From: Bacteroidales bacterium
GTDB taxonomy: Bacteria; Bacteroidota; Bacteroidia; Bacteroidales; UBA10428
Reading direction: 5' to 3'
Assembly (NCBI GenBank): GCA_046481675.1
Contig: JAWOJJ010000096.1
Location: forward strand, 7,109 to 71,108
Length of the DNA stretch: 64,000 bases
A program made the position numbers and the translations under genes. This document shows positions 50,401 to 58,467 of this stretch, piece after piece (position 1 is the first letter of the stretch; the number at the start of each line of letters is the position of its first letter). The notes below the pieces were generated by a model. It had not been told where the DNA came from. It ran no database searches and was given only the letters and a program-made list of their open reading frames with translations.

Positions 50401-53400
50401 GCAAGCTTCCCAATCCGCAAAACCGCTGGGGAGGTATCATGAGAGAAATACAAACCAGCGACTTTGAAACTTCCAACATCGAATACATCGAGTTCTGGCT
50501 CATGGACCCCTTTTTGCTCGACGACAATCACCCCGGAGGCGAACTCTACTTCAACCTGGGTGAAATATCGGAAGATGTGCTGAAAGATTCCCGTAAGTTT
50601 TTCGAAAACGGTTTGCCCACTGCAAACAACCCGGTTAAAATTGATTCCTCCACTGCCTGGGGAAAGGTTCCTGATGTGCCTATGGTGGTAAATACCTTCG
50701 ATACCGACCCCGATAACCGTAAAATGCAGGATGTGGGACTCGACGGACTCAATGACGAGGAAGAGCGGATCAAATTCAGCCCCTGGCTGAACAGCCTCAC
50801 TCCGGGTACCCCTTTTTACGAAAAGGCCTTTGAGGATCCCGCTAACGACAATTTCAGTTACTTTCTCAACAGTGCTCATGACGACAGCTCTGCCGGTGTG
50901 ATCTCGCGTTACCTGAATTACAACAACCCCCAGGGTAACTCACCGGCTACGGAACAAAGCGGTGGTAACTTTGCAGCGGCAACAACGCTCCCCAATACCG
51001 AAGACATCAACCGCGATAATACACTCAACGAAAACGACGCCTATTATGAATACCAGGTTCCGCTGAGACCGGGCCAGATGAATTTCAACAACCCCTATAT
51101 AACCGATCGCGTCGAAGGCAAAACAGTTGACGGCAAAGTTGCCCACTGGTACCAGTTCCGCATACCCATTGATGATTTCGAGGGCAAATACGGCAATATC
51201 GAAGATTTCAAATCCATCCGGTTCATGCGCATGTACCTCACCGGTTTCACCAGGCCCGTCATCCTCCGGTTCGCCGAACTCCACCTGGTGCGTTCCGAAT
51301 GGAGAAAATATTCCGGAAATATCTCCGAAGGAGGGCCCTCGGTTACCACCCAGGTTGAAAAGGGATCCTTCGAAATCACCTCGGTCAATATCGAAGAAAA
51401 TGCCGCCAAAGAACCTGTCAATTACATTCTACCCCCCGGCATCGACCGCGTTATCGACCCCAGTCAGCCCCAGGTAGCACAGCTGAATGAGCAGTCGATG
51501 GTTTTTAAAATTCACGATCTGCCCGACGGTGACGCACGTGTGGCCTACAAAAACATGAGCATTGACCTGCGCCAGTACAAGAAACTCAAAATGTTTGTTC
51601 ATGCCGAAGCCCTTGTTGATGAAACACTTGGCGATAATGATCTCACAGCATTTATCCGTTTCGGTTCCGACCAAACCGACAATTACTATGAATACGAGGT
51701 ACCCCTGAAAATTACACCTCCGGGAAATTTTTCCGACAACGACAGGCACATTGTATGGCCCGACAGCAACTACATGGATATTGTGCTTGAAGAATTTGTT
51801 GATTTGAAGGTGGCGCGCGACAAAGCCATTTCTGAACGCCCCGATTTATATGCCAAATCAAAGGTGTTCCGGAAACAAAATGGAAAAAATGTAATGAAGG
51901 TGCGGGGTACTCCCAACCTGAGCAATGTGAGAACCATGATGCTGGGGGTGCGCAATGCAAGCGATGCCGATAACCTGCCCAACGACGGAATGCCCAAATC
52001 AGGAGAAATCTGGTTCAATGAGCTCCGGCTCACCGATTTTAATAACAAAGGCGGGTGGGCAGCCAACGCACGCGCCCAGATCCGCATGGCCGACCTGGGA
52101 ACCCTGTCTGTTGCCGGCAGTACATCAAAACCCGGATTCGGAAGCATTGAGCAGAAAGTGGATGACCGCAACAAGGAAGAAACCAACCAGATTGACATCT
52201 CTACCAACCTGGAACTGGGTAAACTACTGCCCGAAAAAGCCAAGGTATCCGTTCCCCTTTATTTGGGATACTCCAATATTACGGTTACCCCTGAATATTC
52301 TCCGAAAGAACCCGACCGGATGCTGAAAGACGCGCTCAGGAGCGCCGAATCGGACGAAGAGAAAAAAGACTTAAAAGAAATGTCGCAGGATGTGATCAAA
52401 CGCCGCAGCATCAACCTCACCAATGTTAAGGTTAACCAGGAATTTGAAAAATTCCGGCTGCTGTCGCCGTCTAATTTCTCAGTCTCCGCAGATTATGCCG
52501 AATCTGAGGCCCACAACTACGAGGTGGAACGCAACAACAACATCGAATACGGACTGGCCCTGAATTACGTTTACAGTGCCCGGCCTAAAAGCATAACGCC
52601 CTTCAGGAAGGCCAAAATGAAATCGCCCTACATGCGTTTCATCAAAGATTTTAATGTGTCATTGCTGCCCAGCAGGCTGGCGTTCCGTACCAATTTCGAC
52701 CGCAGGTACAACGAAACCAAACTTCGGAACGTTTACACCGACAGGGACATTTTACTCGACTCCACCGTAAGCAAAGATTTCCTGTGGAACCGCGGATACG
52801 AAGTCAACTGGGACCTGACCCGGGCACTCAAGTTTGACCTTACATTCAACAACATGTCGCGCATCAACGAACTCCCCGGTGCATACGACTGGTTCCGCAA
52901 AGGAAATAACAAAGACTGGTCGCGGTCGGTTTGGAACAGCATCGGGAACAGCGGCAGAGCCATTGCCTACGATCACTCGCTGAATGCTACCTACAACCTG
53001 CCCCTGAGCAAATTCCCCATCCTGAGCTGGACCTCATCATCACTCCGCTACAGTGCCACCTATTCCTGGGATCAGGGTGATATTTTCAACGGCGAAAGAA
53101 CACTCGGCAATACCATCCGCAATTCAAACACCATCCAGGCCAACACCACTTTCAACCTGGCAACCTTATACAACAAGTCGAAATACCTGAAAAAACTCGA
53201 TGCCAAGTATTCCAATACCGGCAAAAAACAACAGCAACCCAAAGATTTCAAAACCGTTACCTTCACACGTGAGAATTTCTTCCTGAGACCCAATATCCCG
53301 AGAAATATTACCCACAAACTGAAAACTGAAGATGTCCGGGTAAAGGTAACCGATGAAAAAGGCAGTGAAGTAAAAACCAGCTTTACGGTGCTCGATGAAA

Positions 53401-54905
53401 ACAGGATCAGCATAAAAGCCGACAGCAATTACACGGGACTGGTTGTGGTGGTGGAAGGACAAATTGAAAAAGCTGGCAGCCCGCTGGTTTACCTGGGTGA
53501 AAACTCGGTGAGGTTTCTCACCGGACTTAAAAGCATCACGGTATCGTACTCGCTTACCGGGGGTAGTACGGTTATGGGCTTTATGCCATCTCCCGGAATG
53601 GCAGGTTTCTACCTCAACGAGAAATATAAGGGAGCTCCCGGTCTGCCTTTCCTAATAGGCATACAGGACAAGGGCTTCGTCCGCCAGGCTGCAGCAAACG
53701 GATGGCTCACGAACAACTCCGCGTTTACCGATCCGTTTACCATGTCGAAAACTGAAAACCTGAATATCAAAGGCACATTTGAACCCTACAGGGGATTCCG
53801 GATCGAACTCTCAGGTCAGCGCAGCTACACCCAGTTCGACAGCGAATACTATCAGTATGATTCCGCATACAACTTTAACAACCACATGGTTAATGGCGGA
53901 TACTCCATATCTGTAATCACCATTGGTTCTGCCTTTGAAAAACTGAGCAGTGACGACGCTTTCAGGTCACCCTCTTTTGAGCGCTTCAAAAGTTACCGCA
54001 AGATCATGTCGCAACGGCTCTACAACAGACGGGTACAGCAAAGTGATTACAATTACCAGGGAACCATTCAGAACAATATAGAACCGGGTTATACCGATGG
54101 CTATGGCTCTACCGCAACCGAAGTTCTCATTCCTGCATTCCTTGCTGCATATACAGGCAAAGATCCACACAAAATGTCGCTCTCAACCTTTCCCGGGTTC
54201 AAAAGCATCCTCCCCAACTGGCGGATCATGATCGACGGACTGACCAAATTCGATTTTGTGAAGAGGTACATGAAATCGCTGACCATCCAACATTCCTACA
54301 AATCCATTTACAGCATCAATTCATTCAACAGCCACCTGCTTTTTGTCAGGGATGACCTTGATGGTTTGGGGTATGTAAGGGATTACCAGGAAAATTTTGT
54401 GCCTGAACTGCAGCTCAACACCGTTTCCATTAAAGAGGACATCACCCCACTCTTTGGAATCGACGCTACCTGGGTGAACAGCCTGATAACCCGGTTTGAA
54501 ATCCGGAAATCACGCACGCTGTCGCTCAGCCTCGCAAATAACCAGCTGACTGAGGTAAATAACAACGACCTGATCATCGGCGCCGGTTACCGCTTCAGCA
54601 ATGTCGCCGTTAAAGTTGGCGAAAAAGCCTATGAAAGCGATCTGAATGTGCGGTTTGACCTGTCGGTCAGAGACAATAAAACCATCATCCGTTACCTGGC
54701 CATGACTGAAGATGATGAAAATGATCAGATCACATCAGGCGACAAAATATTCAAAATTGCCATGACGGCCGACTACCTGCTTTCACCCAGGTTTAACCTG
54801 CAGCTGTTTTTCGACCGCACCCTGAATAAACCTCATACTTCCCGCTCCTTCGTGCGCGTAGATACCAATATTGGTTTCAGCCTGAGGTTTACCCTTACCC
54901 AGTAA
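47487..54905 (+). CDS. sprA: T9SS outer-membrane translocon SprA (Sov)
   Basis: 2472 aa with GKEDEIIKKIEAGNV, SQSLFG.KT.LQFG, NRHFFL, YIDDFEG, EYIEFWLMDP, GEISED.LKD and WFNELRL motifs, in the ruvA-sprA-gcvH order. The exact start is uncertain. Confidence 0.96.
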   Translation: MTHPPVKHIIIYKLLNSVIIRLVLVFCLAAFSAVAGFSQTRSAAQGDSSLRYPFRDENRYPFSNSGVRSPLFLSNPKNIKQTIQYNPTTGRYEFTEKIGRFDYRPPSSMSLQEYMSYEREASVQNYWHQKSREMIAPQQSPLLGNFKMGETFDKVFGTDVINIVPQGSAELIFGYNMSRNDNPALSEKNRRNPSFIFKEKIQMNVTGSIGDKMQLGINYNTEASFDFENKTKLEYTGKEDEIIKKIEAGNVSFSVPGTLITGSQSLFGLKTDLQFGKLFVSSVISHQKSQSQVIEVKGGAQVSEFEIDASEYDANRHFFLSHFFEDNYNSWLSTLPYVNSGVRIEQIEVWVTNKSGNTTDTRNILALTDMAEGFGPEGDTNVYGNLGFIQPASVKNGPASNDLNELYVKFINQYSDIRTFRQIAATLSPLESAYSFYGGKDYEKIENARRLTETEYKVNKELGYISLNSSLRTDEVLAVAYVYTHLGRTYRVGELSTDGVSAPNTLLVKLIKGTSLTPKSPTWDLMMKNVYAIGAYQVSNRDFILDVLYRKDETGVPVNYIAENQADSAFNRKILLRVLKMDNLDSRNEPVPDGRFDFIEGTTITSRDGRIFFTQKEPFGKDLRKTIIGNAIRGTELYKARDLIAKKYVFSELYDSTQTRARQLSRKNKFFLAGNYQATSGSEIQLNAMNIPPNSVKVSSGGIALVEGQDYTVDYTLGRVKIINQGLIQSGSPLSVSLENNMLFNMQTKTLMGTHMEYKFSDNFNLGATVMNLTERPLTQKVNMGDEPISNTIWGLNTNYRTESRLLTKMIDKLPLIETKEISTIALDAEFAHLVPGQAKVIGEGGVAYIDDFEGTETTVELKTVQSWTLASTPRKFPYSGSLNDLRYGYNRAKLAWYTIDPLFTRNDSRTPDNISKAEQESHFVREILETEIFKNRESGTGFESTISVLNLSYFPQERGPYNFDPAISDEGKLPNPQNRWGGIMREIQTSDFETSNIEYIEFWLMDPFLLDDNHPGGELYFNLGEISEDVLKDSRKFFENGLPTANNPVKIDSSTAWGKVPDVPMVVNTFDTDPDNRKMQDVGLDGLNDEEERIKFSPWLNSLTPGTPFYEKAFEDPANDNFSYFLNSAHDDSSAGVISRYLNYNNPQGNSPATEQSGGNFAAATTLPNTEDINRDNTLNENDAYYEYQVPLRPGQMNFNNPYITDRVEGKTVDGKVAHWYQFRIPIDDFEGKYGNIEDFKSIRFMRMYLTGFTRPVILRFAELHLVRSEWRKYSGNISEGGPSVTTQVEKGSFEITSVNIEENAAKEPVNYILPPGIDRVIDPSQPQVAQLNEQSMVFKIHDLPDGDARVAYKNMSIDLRQYKKLKMFVHAEALVDETLGDNDLTAFIRFGSDQTDNYYEYEVPLKITPPGNFSDNDRHIVWPDSNYMDIVLEEFVDLKVARDKAISERPDLYAKSKVFRKQNGKNVMKVRGTPNLSNVRTMMLGVRNASDADNLPNDGMPKSGEIWFNELRLTDFNNKGGWAANARAQIRMADLGTLSVAGSTSKPGFGSIEQKVDDRNKEETNQIDISTNLELGKLLPEKAKVSVPLYLGYSNITVTPEYSPKEPDRMLKDALRSAESDEEKKDLKEMSQDVIKRRSINLTNVKVNQEFEKFRLLSPSNFSVSADYAESEAHNYEVERNNNIEYGLALNYVYSARPKSITPFRKAKMKSPYMRFIKDFNVSLLPSRLAFRTNFDRRYNETKLRNVYTDRDILLDSTVSKDFLWNRGYEVNWDLTRALKFDLTFNNMSRINELPGAYDWFRKGNNKDWSRSVWNSIGNSGRAIAYDHSLNATYNLPLSKFPILSWTSSSLRYSATYSWDQGDIFNGERTLGNTIRNSNTIQANTTFNLATLYNKSKYLKKLDAKYSNTGKKQQQPKDFKTVTFTRENFFLRPNIPRNITHKLKTEDVRVKVTDEKGSEVKTSFTVLDENRISIKADSNYTGLVVVVEGQIEKAGSPLVYLGENSVRFLTGLKSITVSYSLTGGSTVMGFMPSPGMAGFYLNEKYKGAPGLPFLIGIQDKGFVRQAAANGWLTNNSAFTDPFTMSKTENLNIKGTFEPYRGFRIELSGQRSYTQFDSEYYQYDSAYNFNNHMVNGGYSISVITIGSAFEKLSSDDAFRSPSFERFKSYRKIMSQRLYNRRVQQSDYNYQGTIQNNIEPGYTDGYGSTATEVLIPAFLAAYTGKDPHKMSLSTFPGFKSILPNWRIMIDGLTKFDFVKRYMKSLTIQHSYKSIYSINSFNSHLLFVRDDLDGLGYVRDYQENFVPELQLNTVSIKEDITPLFGIDATWVNSLITRFEIRKSRTLSLSLANNQLTEVNNNDLIIGAGYRFSNVAVKVGEKAYESDLNVRFDLSVRDNKTIIRYLAMTEDDENDQITSGDKIFKIAMTADYLLSPRFNLQLFFDRTLNKPHTSRSFVRVDTNIGFSLRFTLTQ

Positions 54906-54974
54906 CCCACTGTTGATTTTAGCAAAAAACAATCCCTCCTGTCACGAATATTGCTTATTTTTACGGCGGAAATA

Positions 54975-55067
54975 GCTGTTAGCTGTTAGCTGTTGGCTGT
55001 TAGCCGTTAGCCGTTAGCCGATAGCTATTAGCCAACAGCCAATAGCTAACAGCCAATAGCTAAAAGC
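54975..55067. repeat. Fold-back heptamer array C (8 x GCYRTTR then 5 x GCYAANA)
   Basis: gctgtta gctgtta gctgttg gctgtta gccgtta gccgtta gccgata gctatta | gccaaca gccaata gctaaca gccaata gctaaaa gc. Confidence 0.9.
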
Positions 55068-55103
55068 TTTTTTCAGCCTTTTAACCTTAAAAAATAACAT
55101 ACA

Positions 55104-55484
55104 ATGAACATCCCAACCGATTTGCGCTACACATCTGATCACGAGTGGATCAAAGTTACCGGCAACACAGGAGTTATTGGTATTACCGAGTTCGCCCAGG
55201 GAGAACTGGGAGACATTGTTTTTGTTGAAATTGAAACCCTCGGAAACCACCTTGAAAAAGGGAGTACTTTTGGCACCATCGAGGCGGTAAAAACTGTATC
55301 TGACCTGTTTATTCCGGTAACAGGCAAAATAGTTGAAGTGAACACCAGCGTGAACGACAAACCCGATACCATCAACAAGGATCCCTATGGTGCCGGTTGG
55401 CTGATTAAAATTGAAATAGACGATCCTTCACAGGTTAATGAACTGATGGATGCCGGCGCCTATGCTGCCATGATCAATGCCTGA
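55104..55484 (+). CDS. gcvH: Glycine cleavage system H protein
   Basis: YT.DHEW, GIT.FAQ.ELGDIVFVE, lipoyl motif EAVKTVSDL and N.DPYG.GW. Confidence 0.97.
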   Translation: MNIPTDLRYTSDHEWIKVTGNTGVIGITEFAQGELGDIVFVEIETLGNHLEKGSTFGTIEAVKTVSDLFIPVTGKIVEVNTSVNDKPDTINKDPYGAGWLIKIEIDDPSQVNELMDAGAYAAMINA

Positions 55485-55507
55485 ACCATAACGTAATTTT
55501 ATTCTTC

Positions 55508-56440
55508 ATGAAACCAATTATACCACCGGTTGACCGGGAACTGATCGAGAAAGAGCTGACCGAAGTGAAGCTGTTGCGGAAAACGAACAATGGTAGCAAC
55601 CTGATTTATGTGGTTACCAGCGAAGATTCACCCAATATCCTGAGAGAGATAGGAAGACTGCGGGAAATATCATTCCGCGTAGCCGGAGGTGGTACCGGCA
55701 AGGAACTGGATATCGATATTTACGATACCATGCCCAATGCCTACAAACAAATTATTGTATGGGATCCCCAGGACAAGGAGATCCTGGGTGGCTACCGGTA
55801 CTTCATATGTTCGGAGGCCGCTACCGACCCCGATGGCAACTGCAATCTGGCAACAGCCAGGTTGTTCCGGTTTTCCAAGGTTTTCAGGGAACAATACATG
55901 CCACACATGATTGAGCTCGGACGGTCTTTTGTTCAGCCGGCTTACCAGTCGACCAGCCGCCAGGGAAAAGGCATTTATGCCATGGATAACCTGTGGGACG
56001 GTTTGGGTGCCGTGTGGATGCAACACCCCCACATCAAGTATTTCTTCGGAAAGGTTACCATGTATACCACGTACCACCGTGAGGCACGCGACCTGATCCT
56101 GCATTTTCTGAACAAGTATTTCGGCGATAAGGAAAACCTGATGAAGCCCTTCGAACCGCTTCAGATTACCACCGATCCGAAAGTCCTCGACAACATCCTC
56201 TGCGGAACGTCATACCGTGAAGATTATAAATTACTTTCACAGAATGTCAGGGCAAGAGGCGAGAACATCCCGCCGCTGATCAACGCCTATATGAATCTCT
56301 CTCCCACCATGAAGGTTTTTGGAACCGCCATGAATTATTCATTTGGCGATGTGGAGGAAACTGCCATCATGATCACTGTTGACGATATGTATGACGAAAA
56401 AATAGAAAGGCACATCAAGTCGTACATCCACAAATCGTGA
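55508..56440 (+). CDS. glsB: GNAT-family N-acyltransferase (GlsB/ChoA-like glycine-lipid synthase, often annotated 'hemolysin')
   Basis: EIGRLRE..FR.AGGGTG...DID.YD, ILGGYR, IELGRSFV, DNLWDGLG, FFGKVTMY and IPPL.NAYM.LSP.M motifs. Confidence 0.7.
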   Translation: MKPIIPPVDRELIEKELTEVKLLRKTNNGSNLIYVVTSEDSPNILREIGRLREISFRVAGGGTGKELDIDIYDTMPNAYKQIIVWDPQDKEILGGYRYFICSEAATDPDGNCNLATARLFRFSKVFREQYMPHMIELGRSFVQPAYQSTSRQGKGIYAMDNLWDGLGAVWMQHPHIKYFFGKVTMYTTYHREARDLILHFLNKYFGDKENLMKPFEPLQITTDPKVLDNILCGTSYREDYKLLSQNVRARGENIPPLINAYMNLSPTMKVFGTAMNYSFGDVEETAIMITVDDMYDEKIERHIKSYIHKS

Positions 56441-56455
56441 CCCCGGTTTTACATC

Positions 56456-57298
56456 ATGGTTCATCAGGAATATAGTTGGAAAAGCACAGACGGAACCACA
56501 CTCTATGGTCAAAGCTGGAAACCCGGCAAACCACCCCGTGCACTGATCAACTATGTTCATGGTTTTATGGACCACAGCAGCAGGTTCACCAACTGGGCAG
56601 GCCGCTTGTGCAATGCCGGATATGCAGTTGCCGCAATTGACCTGCGCGGTCACGGCCGTTCAGAAGGCCGCAGAGGATATGCCCGGAATTTCTCATTTTA
56701 TATACAGGATATCCATACACTGTGCGAAAACTCCCGGGTCCTTTTTCCGGAATGCAGCCCGGTTTTATATGGTCACAGCCTGGGCGGAAATCTGGTTGCC
56801 AATTTCCTGATCGGCGAAAACCCGCTTCCCCAAGCTGCTGTGATCTCTTCTCCCTGGTTTACCCTTACCCAAAAGCCCCCTCTGGTTAAATACCTCATGG
56901 CAGTCATGGCCAGGTATCTGCTGCCCGGCCTTACGGTAAAAAGCGATCTTGACCCGGATGCCCTCTCACGTGACCCGGATGTTGTCAGCTCATACAACAG
57001 CGATCCGCTGGTGCATCATGCCATTTTGCCCCGCTTGTTTTTTGAAATCGAACATTTCGGCATAATCGCCTCGCAAAGCATTTACAAAATCAACATCCCG
57101 CTGCTGGTTATGCACGGCAACGCCGACCGCATCACATCATTCAGGCAAACAGCAGATTTTGTAAGGAATGCCGGTCGCCATACCACCTTTAAGCAATGGC
57201 CCGGGGCATACCATGAACTCCATAATGAACCCCATGAACAGGAAGTTTTCAATTACCTGCTCAGCTGGCTCAACAACCGGAACTTTGTTCGTTCTTAG
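56456..57298 (+). CDS. Alpha/beta hydrolase (lysophospholipase/monoacylglycerol lipase-like)
   Basis: VHG..DH, DLRGHGRS.G.RG, nucleophile GHSLGG, HG.AD and YHELHNE motifs. Confidence 0.9.
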   Translation: MVHQEYSWKSTDGTTLYGQSWKPGKPPRALINYVHGFMDHSSRFTNWAGRLCNAGYAVAAIDLRGHGRSEGRRGYARNFSFYIQDIHTLCENSRVLFPECSPVLYGHSLGGNLVANFLIGENPLPQAAVISSPWFTLTQKPPLVKYLMAVMARYLLPGLTVKSDLDPDALSRDPDVVSSYNSDPLVHHAILPRLFFEIEHFGIIASQSIYKINIPLLVMHGNADRITSFRQTADFVRNAGRHTTFKQWPGAYHELHNEPHEQEVFNYLLSWLNNRNFVRS

Positions 57299-57300
57299 CC

Positions 57301-58278
57301 ATGGAAACATTCCGAACACCGGTCATCATCCCCGAATCGGCTGATAAGATCAACTACCAGACGAAGTGCCTGTTTATGGGATCGTGCTTCGCTGACAGCA
57401 TCGGAAAAATAATGGCCGGCTACCAGTTCCCCGCACTGCTCAACCCCTTTGGTACGCTTTTCAACCCTGCTTCAATTGCAGAAAATCTAGGCCTGCTTAT
57501 CTGCGGTAAAACCTTCACCCGCGATGACCTCCGGCATCACAACGATCTTTGGTTCAGCCTGAACCACTATACCGCCTTTTCACATCCCAACCCCGAAGCC
57601 TGCCTGGCCCTGGTGAATCAGGCTGCCACCGGGGCTTCATCATGGCTTAAAGATTGCCACTACCTGCTGCTTACATTCGGTACAGCGTGGGCTTACCAAT
57701 TCAAAGAAACCGGGAAAATAGTGGCCAACTGCCACAAATTGCCCGCTTCACAATTCAACCAGGTCCTTCTGCAACCCGCCTCAATCATTGACCAATACAA
57801 CCAACTGCTCGGGAAACTCAAATTGCTGAATCCCGGCATCCGGGTGATCTTTACACTGAGCCCCGTAAGGCATTGGTCAAACGGTGCCGTTGGCAACCAA
57901 CTCAGCAAGTCTGTACTTCATTACAGTATTCACGAAATTCTGAAAAAAAACGACTTTGCGTCCTATTTCCCGGCTTACGAGATCTTCATGGACGAATTGC
58001 GTGACTATCGTTTTTACGCCGGTGATATGCTGCACCCGTCGGAGCAGGGAACCCGCTACGTGTGGGAAAGATTCTGTAATGCCCGGGTGGAAGAAGCTGC
58101 TAAAAAAATTATGGCCGGTGTTGAAGCTGTTTTTAAAGCTCTGAATCACCGGCCATTACACACTGATACAACCAACCATAAAATCTTCAGGTCAAATACC
58201 CTGAAACTCATCAAGCGCCTCAGGGAACAATACCCATTTCTTGACTTCCATAACGAAATTGCCCAACTGCAACTATAA
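57301..58278 (+). CDS. GSCFA-domain protein (SGNH-like)
   Basis: Literal GSCFA, NPFG.LFNP, T.GTAW, VANCHK.P, TLSPVRH, YFPAYE..MDELRDYRFY..DM.HP. Confidence 0.92.
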   Translation: METFRTPVIIPESADKINYQTKCLFMGSCFADSIGKIMAGYQFPALLNPFGTLFNPASIAENLGLLICGKTFTRDDLRHHNDLWFSLNHYTAFSHPNPEACLALVNQAATGASSWLKDCHYLLLTFGTAWAYQFKETGKIVANCHKLPASQFNQVLLQPASIIDQYNQLLGKLKLLNPGIRVIFTLSPVRHWSNGAVGNQLSKSVLHYSIHEILKKNDFASYFPAYEIFMDELRDYRFYAGDMLHPSEQGTRYVWERFCNARVEEAAKKIMAGVEAVFKALNHRPLHTDTTNHKIFRSNTLKLIKRLREQYPFLDFHNEIAQLQL

Positions 58279-58467
58279 TAAAGATGGCTTACCGGACCAA
58301 AAGGTTGCATGAGCTGATCATTTTTTTCTGAATGCTTGCCTGATAGCCTGCTGGTTTTGTTCTGTGACGACAGAAGGTGACAAAAAATAGTTAAGAATAA
58401 TACCCCATTAGTATATTAAGTAGCTTGCAGATATTCAAAATCTCTGCAATAAACTGCAATTAAAGAA

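Noticed and set aside
55014-55378. Minus-strand ORFs over gcvH ending in WLLAIGCWLIAIG
   Set aside because: They are antisense shadows, and the tail is simply heptamer array C translated.
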